Shown piece by piece: positions 56,901 through 64,000 of a stretch of DNA of 64,000 bases. This DNA is from a virus (taxonomy: Duplodnaviria > Caudoviricetes): IMG/VR virus record IMGVR_UViG_3300043391_000675, positions 1-64,000 of that record; one strand, 5' to 3'. The notes under the pieces were generated by a model, which was given only the letters and a program-made list of their open reading frames with translations, had not been told where the DNA came from and did no database searches. The position numbers were made by a program, and so were the translations under genes. How positions within the stretch are numbered: the stretch's first letter is position 1; each line of letters starts with the position of its first letter.

Positions 56901-57172
56901 AAAGAGTTTACAGGTGTATCTGTATTATTAGTTGTATTAATTAAATACTTAATACCTGGGGCTAATGGTCTAAATGGTTTATATATTGTATCTATTGGGA
57001 ATAGCTTCTTAAAAGCATTTGAATAAGCATGGACTATATTTTCTGGAATAGTTGTTGGCTTTATATATTCAACCATAGAATTTAGGTTATATTCCATTAC
57101 GGCACCAGCCGAAGTTGAAATAGAATATCCCTTTTTAAGTAAATCTTTAGTTGCGTCTGATACCGTTATCAT
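53903..57172 (-). CDS. Large minor tail protein (hub/Tal-like position)
   Basis: 1089 aa; second gene after the tape measure. Confidence 0.7.
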   Translation of the reverse strand: MITVSDATKDLLKKGYSISTSAGAVMEYNLNSMVEYIKPTTIPENIVHAYSNAFKKLFPIDTIYKPFRPLAPGIKYLINTTNNTDTPVNSFEPPRDISLGTKPRLYYPGPDMVYKYWLAPKNTNINLSLEYFSDEAKTVAKLVPANKIIARFETSHDTPTSWTISGVKQDNTTITASGTTLNSSGEAVIYYNGTTWSTTEPTTYTTTQYLKKISLTAVNSNTGKLIGVIEFSPRWVLPIDSDIVSFIINKETSADDGSIVPVGIITANYLSMSLMKPHTTSRSIVEYNVKNTIDNTKIYLFKNAVIKPHVNIGDGTSSQKTVQGTFYVNSWSISEFGDASVEATDAAKILQDTLCPQLLVQDSPITAIIKRVLDSVGFSNYKINVKRTNGVIDDNSIPSLSYWWSDGDKTVWDVLQELCRDIQMNAFVDENNVLNFYSRNLIYDKSATPSWTFTSEEIKTGQTVTYAPNIIKLSSREIFSANQVRVRYATAFVAANSTSSSPLWTSEDSFLGAGSLSTDINDDTTVFQLSPNTINSARPDKVLDAFSGYVMINGEIIEYDGLWYQYVPAGGSVPIPVLIKSQSDIWKYEALKKPGYKNFYPTGEYNIKTRGALSTSKSIHKKTLGSYVNGAGETDSNKFNKYNITLATPDVAKLVPGVGSVTSPARTSGETVSKSFLTVSNLDKDKKTFDIVVKPFNSINTSDSYMSCGTRMFFDSQDVSPEQVGGIGFCLDSTGKNGYYILIRTTAFAGLQKDIMIVKVLNNKLTVLKDSQQTSTKTMSGIYAGSSYSVDVLVKRESVSGGTFKNTITAFINGYKITAVDSGSDSVNDYIPPTSITKNIGLHCGQGIAYFEFVYAKSIDEPTYKTKNSSKAYQYNGLYADDTLSMLYGDLIYNNGKDVADQSGSLYEFGTIGREIRKVKESYQDRPAVPIQVRTANNKFVTVLDQRLQPFSAEAYLLNNTSTSVVLHDNNYTSLYILGNKIQRSGAIDYDTDQSTDSENKESVVFDSSWIQTQEDAKALAEWIKSNSLNKGKFIDMTVFGNPILSAGDIVTINYPILGMTETSDKYIITRCSLEYSEGVTTTVSCRAI

Positions 57173-57762
57173 ACCTGCTCCAGGGATATATTAACACTCC
57201 AGAAGGGCTGTAAGCCTCTTTTAACGACAGTAAAATCACATGATGTAAACATTACAGTGTATGTGTAATCATCGGCTAAAGCCCCGCCTGACTCCTCTAT
57301 TAACTCTGTAGAAAAGACTGTAGGGTTTAGTTTAATACGAAATGCTCCACGGCCTGCAGCGCTTTCGTAAAAGGCTTTTAAGTCTTCTGCGCCCCAGCCA
57401 CCATCGACTGTTTCGTTTCTAAAAGACGGAACCATTTCCCAAGATGCGGATACATTTAATTTATCTGCAATAAAATATTTTCTTAATGTTCCATTTGACA
57501 TTCTTTGGCCAGATTCAATTCTTTCAACATTTAATGAAAGAGGTGCTCTATTATGCTCAGTAACTCTTCTAAATTTTGTTGCAGTTGTTTTATTACTATA
57601 CGCCAGCCCATTTCTATTTGCAGTTGTAGCGTCATATGTATTTCCTGGTGCAGTAATAGTTGTACCTTTATAATCAAATTGATTATTAGCTGGATCAATT
57701 GCAAATGGGTCTAATGCTTCTATATATAGGATTGATCCTTTTGATAAGTTTTGGAAACTCAT
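57169..57762 (-). CDS. Distal tail (Dit-like) protein
   Basis: First gene after the TMP; RMSNGTLRKY...SWEMVPS...WSVNISLEQV. Confidence 0.65.
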   Translation of the reverse strand: MSFQNLSKGSILYIEALDPFAIDPANNQFDYKGTTITAPGNTYDATTANRNGLAYSNKTTATKFRRVTEHNRAPLSLNVERIESGQRMSNGTLRKYFIADKLNVSASWEMVPSFRNETVDGGWGAEDLKAFYESAAGRGAFRIKLNPTVFSTELIEESGGALADDYTYTVMFTSCDFTVVKRGLQPFWSVNISLEQV

Positions 57763-60700
57763 GGTCTACCAACCTTTCTATTTACTCCAGCAGCCATTTC
57801 TCTAAGTCTCATTTCTTTATGAATTGAAGCGGCAACATCATCTGCTGTAAGATTGGTTCCACTTAAAGATACATTTATATTATACAATGAGCTTGAAGAG
57901 GAAGCAAGACCGCCTTCGTTAAATTTTACCCTGCCACCGCTTGACATCTTTGGAACATTATAACTAACCATTCCGCCAGAAGCCATTTTATTAATATTGT
58001 CTAACATAGGTACGCCAGCTGCTTGGACTGCTTTTGCACTAATTACGTATTCACCATTTGAAAGCATAGCTGGAATTGAATCAGATGTTGCACTGCCAGG
58101 ACCTGATATATATCCTCCATAAGCTTTTTTAATTCTCTTTCCCATTGTTTTTGTTTTTTCGTCCCATGGACGGATATCAACACCATTGTTATCACTTACA
58201 TAGGTTTGTCCATTATATTTAAACTTGTACCATGTCTGATCGTTTATGCTAACCATTGTTCCTTGGCCTTTAGAATAAGCTGATTTGAATCCATCAAATA
58301 CAGTTTTGCCAGTTCCTGTTTGAGCTTTATCTGGGCCGAACTCTACAGTTCCTTTAGGAGGTGTGCCTGGGGCTTTTCCAAGTGCTACCAAAAGATCGGC
58401 ACGAAGCTTAGCCAAGGTTACTCCTCCAGTAATTGAAGTTGCTAGTTTTTCTACGGCAGCTAAGTCTTTTTGGAATACATCAAGTGCTCCTCCGCTAATT
58501 CCAGTTGAAAATACTGGCTTTCCTTTTGCATCAAATCCAGTTGGAGATCCAGTTGGCGCTGTTACTGCAATAGGCTTTCCAGTCTTTGGATCGAAGTACC
58601 CACCGAATGCATCCCGAACTGTTTTTGCAGATAGTCCAGATCCAGATCCAGATTTTTGAATCTCTTTTACTAATGCTATTAACTCTGCAGTAATTTTTGC
58701 TTGCTCTGCGGCCTTTTCTTTTTCAGGAAGTAGTCTTGAGCTTATTGCTCTAGTGCTTAAATCATTGTATCTTGTTTGGAATCCAGTAATGGTTGTGTTT
58801 ATTTCACCTGCAAGGGCTGCATTGTCCTGTTGTCCTTGAAGCGCTAAAGCTTTCTTATCTGATTTATTTTGTATAGACTCAGCATCTTTTTCCAAAGGAG
58901 CCTTTGCTTTGTTAGCTGCATCTTCAATTGCTTTTGAAGCAAGCTCGCTCTGTCTATTTGAAGTTAGCTGATCAATATCTATTCTTGCTCTTGCAGCTGT
59001 TGCCATATCTCCACGAGCAACTGCATCAGCATATTCTATTTGAAGTTTTTGCAACTCTAATGCATAGTTTGATGCATCTTGAGTTGCTCTTAAAGATTCT
59101 AGCTTTTTGTTTTTTTCTTCTTCAATAAGTTTAATCTTTTTAGCAATTGCTTTTAGCTCTTCTTGTGCACTTCTTTGTGAAGCTGCAGCTGCTCTTTGAG
59201 AAGCAGCAGAATTTGCATTAATTGTCTTTTGCAATTTAGCCAAGGCTGCGCCTGTTTGTCCATATGTTGTAGCGCTGTCAGCAGCTTTAGTTAAATCCGA
59301 AATTCCAGTTCCTATTGCAGATGTAAATCCAGCTAATTTATTTGCTAATGTAGAATCAATCTTGCTTAAATCAATATTAATTCCAGATGTAAACAGCTTC
59401 CACTTGGCGAGTATGCCTTTAATTGTATCTGAAGAGTTTGTTATTGATGCAAGTAACGGCTGAGTCTTTTGAAGATTTTCATATGCATTTCTTCCAATTT
59501 CTTCATTCATCTTTGGATTATTTGCTTCTGATTTTGACATAACTAATTGATAAGCTTCATACTCATCAATTACATTACCCAACTCATCTTTAGTTCCCAC
59601 CAAAGCCGACGTTGCGTTTGAGAAAACATTTATTAATCCTTCAAATCCATTTCCAACTTCTTTGCCCCAGTCTGCAGTTCCTGCGCCACTGTTTAAAGTA
59701 TTGACTAAGTTTCCAACTGCAAACTCTGCAGCAGATGACTTGTCTACAATTGATCCAAACTGTACATCGGCTAAAACTTTGTAAGCCTGTGAAGCTTTTT
59801 TACTATTTGCTAAAGCTCCATATATTTTTTTGTTTGCTTCTTCAATGCTCATTCCTCCAGCAACCATTTGTGCCTTTTGATTATTAAGCAATCTTTGCGT
59901 TTCTTCAGTACTGCCCGATCTATTTATAGACTCAATTAAATCCTTGAGTCCCTTACCTTCTTCTTTAGCTTTCTTCATGTCTTCTATAGATTGAGGTATA
60001 CCAGGAATACCAATTGAATTGTTTGCAGATCCTTTAGCTGCTGCGCTCACTAGCTTTTGCTTATCTAAGTAGCCCTGCATTGTTTCTTTAAGATTAAAGT
60101 ATTTTATACCAGCTTGCTCTGCAGCTTTTGCTGTCATAGAAAGACCCATTGAAGCGTCTTGCTTTGCATCTTGATAGTCTTTATATACTTTAAATGCTAA
60201 TCCAGCGGCTGTGATCGCTGCACCAACAAGCCCAAATGCTTTTGCAAATCTTAACACTTGTGCGCCCATTGCGGCTAGCTTTGCTGTTGCTCCAGTGACT
60301 CCTGTAATTCCAGCTTTAGCTGAGGCTGCTCCAGTTTTTATTGAACCAAACATTCTAGCATAAGGAATTGGCATTGAAAGAAGAGAAGATCCTATCATCA
60401 ACCCCATACCTGCTTGCATTCCAGACATGCTGCCAACTTTTTCCTGGTTCATTAAAGCCATTCCGCCCATTGACCCAGCCATACCAATTCCCATTTGAGC
60501 ACCCATGCCCATGCCGCCAGCTCTTTGTGGAACTCTTATGCCTTCTTTTTTTGCTTGTGCCGCAGTCATAGAGTTTCCGTTTACAAGGTATTCGGTTTTT
60601 CTCATTCCCAGAGTTCCTACTTTTCTAGTCTGAACTCCATCTCCTGCATCTCTATACTGACCAATCATTCCTGGCCCAAATAGTCCTTGTGCTGGTGCTT

Positions 60701-63700
60701 GTCCTACAGGATAATTCCTTGCGGCAAATGCGTTTTGCTCTCTAATAATTGCATTCTGTGCTCTATTGGCAAATTTTGTAATTGAGCTTTGAGCACTTTT
60801 TCCAAAATTTACAATCATTTCAGAAGATTTCTTATAACCATTTCCAACTTTATTAGCTGCTGCAAGCAGTTCAAGATTTAATCTTATAGATCCTTTTATT
60901 ACAGAAGATGATACAGACGAGAATGCTGCTGATAGATATTGAGCTTTCATTGCTGCCGAATTTTTAAATGGGTCCATCATGTTGTTAACCATTACTTGTC
61001 CAGGATTATAGAAGCTTGTTGTTCCAGTTCTTACCGCCTGTCTTCCTAGTCCGCTTGTTAATGCTTGCTGGCCAGTAATTTGTCTAGATGAAGCTCTAGA
61101 TCTTTCTGCTGCAGCATCTCTTTCTGCCTGCTCACGTCGTTTAGCTTCCCACGCAGCTCTAGCTGCTGGGTTTCCTGGTCTCTGTGCACCTTTCTTTGCT
61201 CCATAAGCGCTTCTGCCTTTTTTAACTGGCCCACCACCAACTGGTCCTCCATCATTAAGGTATGTTGGGTTAGAGTGTACGGAATGATATTTACTCCAAT
61301 CAACCTCTATTCCATCATCCAACCTTTTGAGCATTGCTTGATAAGGTGGTCTAAGATCTACAGGTAGATCATTTATTATTTTTACCAATTTTGGACGAGC
61401 ATCTTCTAGAACCTTTTTCATCTTTCGACCATATTTTTTAGGGCTCATTTTAGCAATTATTGGGGCAGTATCACGTGCAAAATCTTTTCTTGCTCCACCT
61501 TTAACAGCAAGAAGATTGATCATTGCTTGTTTTTCCATAGAGTTCATTTCATCAGCTTTTGCAAGTGATGTGTTGCCAGATGCTGCTTTAAACACTCCAG
61601 CATTTCCAACATCTGGATTAAAGTTTCCATATACGTTTGATCTAGATAGATCTTTATTATTCATAAGAAGAGAGTTAGCAAGCTGTCTAATTATTGTGTC
61701 TTCTTCCCATGGCACATTAGTGTTTGCAAAGCGTGGGTCATAATCTGATTCTAGTGCAAGCAGCTTGCTTTTCTTTGATGGGTCTAATGGGTTGACAACT
61801 GTTCTAGCTGTTTGAACTGGAGATGATATTCCAAAAAGGTCTCTTGAAATTTGTGTGCCAATTGGCTCATGAACTGCAGTTAATTCATTAGGAACTCCTT
61901 TAACAAAAACCTTTTTCTTACCAACCTTATATAATCCAGATACACCAGGTACAGGATAACTCATTCCTGTACTTGCAGAAATTTGATGTCCATATTCAGT
62001 TACTGGTGTATCAGCAAACTTTCCTAGCGAGCTTCTTGAGCTTAATTCTCTTGCTTTTGCTAAAATCTTTAGTTGTTTTTCTGCAGGTAATAGTTTTAAT
62101 AAAGGAGAAACGTTTCCATAATTTGATCTGCCTTTAGATATAGATCCTCCTGGAATCATTCCACCCATATTAAATGATCCAGCAAGTGCACCTAGTTTTG
62201 GTCTTGCATAAGAATTTCCCATTGCGAATAATCTTCCGCCAAGTGTTGTGATCATTTTAGAGTTAAAGCCCGATGCAGATTTCATTCTCGTCAAGGTAAG
62301 TTGTCTAATAATTTCCTTCATTGTTGTGGGGCCCGTAATTCCCAACTTAGCTTTAAGTTTTTTAATTCCTGCTATAAAGTTGCTCTTTGCTTCATCCTGA
62401 AATGGTGAAACTTCATCTAGAAAAACACCATCTGTACTTTGCTGTAACCAGTTGCCCATCTCGTTAAATGATTTCGCAAGCCCAGTAGATTGACCAACAA
62501 AATTATTTGATCTGACTCCAGTAACATCAGCAAATTTGGCTGCTTCTGCTCTTGACATTCCTTCTTCAACAAGCAGGGCTTGCAACTCTCCTGGCTTAAA
62601 TATTGAAGCAGATCTTTTTGCAGTCATAGTGTGAGATTTAGAAACTGGATCGGGTCCATCTGATACTCCGCCTAAAATTCCAAAAACTTTTTTTGCTTGA
62701 GCTGTAGTTAAAACTCCCTCTTTTATTAAATCGTCAATTACAGATTTCATTGCTCCTGTATATGTCTGAGGAGCTATAGCTTTCATACGAGCTGCTTTTG
62801 CACTTTGATCGTATTTATTTTTACTTGAATATTCATCTAGAATTAAGTTTGCACCTGGGAACTCTTTGCTTAATCTAATAAGTTGAGCTGTTCTTGCCTT
62901 TACAAACTCTTCTGTTTTTCTTGTCCCATTTTTATTTGCTGCTTTTTTAGCATGCTCTGTTGCTGAATCATAATCTGCAGAAACTCTCTTTGTGGCATCT
63001 TTAATATCCATTCCAGTAAGCTGTGATAATATGGCAGCATCAGAAGCGACTGTTGCTGCTCTAATTACCTTTGGATAATCTTTAGAATTAACTAATCTTG
63101 CCCATATGGATAGATTGCTTTCTCTTCCATACCCATATGTACCTCTCATTATCTGACCACCAAAACTGTATCCATTATTAGCCGCATCGACTGCTGCATA
63201 AAGCTCGGGCATTCTTTGAATTTTTGGACCAAACACTGTTTCCTGTGGAGTTAATGCTGCTGTAATCTTTCCGCCGTTTTCATATGTAGCAGAAGCCATA
63301 GCAACAAGTGGTGCGTTTTCTGGATCTAAAGATGCACCCTGGTTTAATACATATCCCCCAACAGGTACACTTCCAAGCCTATCGTCGTAGTTAATTGAAG
63401 ACGGACCAGAAACTGTTGTTCTACTTGGCCCGAACTCTTCAATTCCTCCACCATCTGCAAACTTAGGAATTCTTGTTGCCTGTATACTGTAAGGTGCTCC
63501 GAATGTTCTTACTCCACGAACTCTTCCAAACTCTTCCATTACAGCAGCGTTTGCTTTCTTTTTGTAAAGATCTCTTAAAGTAAATTGTCCGTTGGCATCT
63601 ACAACTGGTTGGTTCATCATAGGAGCTTTTGTTAAATCTATAGATCTTCCTTTACTAGCTGCGTACATGCTGACAGCGGACCCCATGTCTGCTTCTATCT

Positions 63701-64000
63701 GTGCATTAAGTGCAAGTATTCTTGCCTTTGCTTGCTCAACAGTTATCTCTGCGCTTCTCATTTGCTGTACTATTAATGCAGATTGCTCAGCTGCGCTATT
63801 TGCAAACCTTTGTGTTATAGGAAGTATGTCATCGAAGGTGTCTAGTAATTCTCTGCTTACTGTTCCGCCCATTGCAATTGTTTTCTTAAGCATTGCAACT
63901 TCTTGTTCTGTTTGCATACCAAGCGTGGCCATTAATGCGTGGAATTTTGCTGCTTCCCCTGAAACAATTCCTGTAGATATATTCTTTACGCTTGTTAGTC
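57759..64000 (-). CDS. Tape measure protein, 5'-truncated by the window, with inserted domains
   Basis: Frame is open to the window edge (over 2080 aa); Ala/Gly/Lys-rich helices, hydrophobic segments, C-terminal GPGSATSDSIPAMLSNGEYV. Confidence 0.88.
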   Translation of the reverse strand, partial: LTSVKNISTGIVSGEAAKFHALMATLGMQTEQEVAMLKKTIAMGGTVSRELLDTFDDILPITQRFANSAAEQSALIVQQMRSAEITVEQAKARILALNAQIEADMGSAVSMYAASKGRSIDLTKAPMMNQPVVDANGQFTLRDLYKKKANAAVMEEFGRVRGVRTFGAPYSIQATRIPKFADGGGIEEFGPSRTTVSGPSSINYDDRLGSVPVGGYVLNQGASLDPENAPLVAMASATYENGGKITAALTPQETVFGPKIQRMPELYAAVDAANNGYSFGGQIMRGTYGYGRESNLSIWARLVNSKDYPKVIRAATVASDAAILSQLTGMDIKDATKRVSADYDSATEHAKKAANKNGTRKTEEFVKARTAQLIRLSKEFPGANLILDEYSSKNKYDQSAKAARMKAIAPQTYTGAMKSVIDDLIKEGVLTTAQAKKVFGILGGVSDGPDPVSKSHTMTAKRSASIFKPGELQALLVEEGMSRAEAAKFADVTGVRSNNFVGQSTGLAKSFNEMGNWLQQSTDGVFLDEVSPFQDEAKSNFIAGIKKLKAKLGITGPTTMKEIIRQLTLTRMKSASGFNSKMITTLGGRLFAMGNSYARPKLGALAGSFNMGGMIPGGSISKGRSNYGNVSPLLKLLPAEKQLKILAKARELSSRSSLGKFADTPVTEYGHQISASTGMSYPVPGVSGLYKVGKKKVFVKGVPNELTAVHEPIGTQISRDLFGISSPVQTARTVVNPLDPSKKSKLLALESDYDPRFANTNVPWEEDTIIRQLANSLLMNNKDLSRSNVYGNFNPDVGNAGVFKAASGNTSLAKADEMNSMEKQAMINLLAVKGGARKDFARDTAPIIAKMSPKKYGRKMKKVLEDARPKLVKIINDLPVDLRPPYQAMLKRLDDGIEVDWSKYHSVHSNPTYLNDGGPVGGGPVKKGRSAYGAKKGAQRPGNPAARAAWEAKRREQAERDAAAERSRASSRQITGQQALTSGLGRQAVRTGTTSFYNPGQVMVNNMMDPFKNSAAMKAQYLSAAFSSVSSSVIKGSIRLNLELLAAANKVGNGYKKSSEMIVNFGKSAQSSITKFANRAQNAIIREQNAFAARNYPVGQAPAQGLFGPGMIGQYRDAGDGVQTRKVGTLGMRKTEYLVNGNSMTAAQAKKEGIRVPQRAGGMGMGAQMGIGMAGSMGGMALMNQEKVGSMSGMQAGMGLMIGSSLLSMPIPYARMFGSIKTGAASAKAGITGVTGATAKLAAMGAQVLRFAKAFGLVGAAITAAGLAFKVYKDYQDAKQDASMGLSMTAKAAEQAGIKYFNLKETMQGYLDKQKLVSAAAKGSANNSIGIPGIPQSIEDMKKAKEEGKGLKDLIESINRSGSTEETQRLLNNQKAQMVAGGMSIEEANKKIYGALANSKKASQAYKVLADVQFGSIVDKSSAAEFAVGNLVNTLNSGAGTADWGKEVGNGFEGLINVFSNATSALVGTKDELGNVIDEYEAYQLVMSKSEANNPKMNEEIGRNAYENLQKTQPLLASITNSSDTIKGILAKWKLFTSGINIDLSKIDSTLANKLAGFTSAIGTGISDLTKAADSATTYGQTGAALAKLQKTINANSAASQRAAAASQRSAQEELKAIAKKIKLIEEEKNKKLESLRATQDASNYALELQKLQIEYADAVARGDMATAARARIDIDQLTSNRQSELASKAIEDAANKAKAPLEKDAESIQNKSDKKALALQGQQDNAALAGEINTTITGFQTRYNDLSTRAISSRLLPEKEKAAEQAKITAELIALVKEIQKSGSGSGLSAKTVRDAFGGYFDPKTGKPIAVTAPTGSPTGFDAKGKPVFSTGISGGALDVFQKDLAAVEKLATSITGGVTLAKLRADLLVALGKAPGTPPKGTVEFGPDKAQTGTGKTVFDGFKSAYSKGQGTMVSINDQTWYKFKYNGQTYVSDNNGVDIRPWDEKTKTMGKRIKKAYGGYISGPGSATSDSIPAMLSNGEYVISAKAVQAAGVPMLDNINKMASGGMVSYNVPKMSSGGRVKFNEGGLASSSSSLYNINVSLSGTNLTADDVAASIHKEMRLREMAAGVNRKVGRP

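Noticed and set aside
1-64000. Stop-codon reassignment
   Set aside because: Long genes are intact under the standard code, coding density is high, and no suppressor tRNA was found.

Overview
A 64-kb segment of a large, AT-rich tailed dsDNA phage. All credible genes lie on the minus strand. A host among Actinobacteria, plausibly freshwater acI/Nanopelagicales-like, is inferred from WhiB, DnaE-type replication genes, many leaderless extended -10 promoters and a host-like secreted surface protein; this was not checked against a database. In transcription order (high to low coordinate) the window holds: (1) the 3' part of a very long tape-measure gene carrying inserted cargo domains, one of them kinase-like; (2) tail genes, including a 1238-aa protein with six thrombospondin-1-like 12-Cys repeats and a (PFFP)n tail; (3) a replication/recombination module (DnaB, primase, gp32-like and OB-fold SSBs, DnaE, RecA, Cas4-like exonuclease, RuvC); (4) terminase; (5) tRNAs flanking KatG; (6) about 28 kb of accessory genes. 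These include IMPDH/GMPR, an APS kinase-nucleotidyltransferase fusion, three sulfotransferases, four 2OG-Fe(II) hydroxylases, a CHAP hydrolase with holin-like genes, WhiB, two proteases, thioredoxin, Dps, GroES, and a radical SAM/SPASM enzyme with a MetB-like enzyme and three unannotated MCxxCGC micro-proteins. The strongest candidates for undescribed biology are the tape-measure cargo cassettes, the TSP1-like virion protein, the MCxxCGC/radical SAM cluster and a distributed hydroxylation-sulfation pathway. All calls are from motif recognition by eye; no searches were run.
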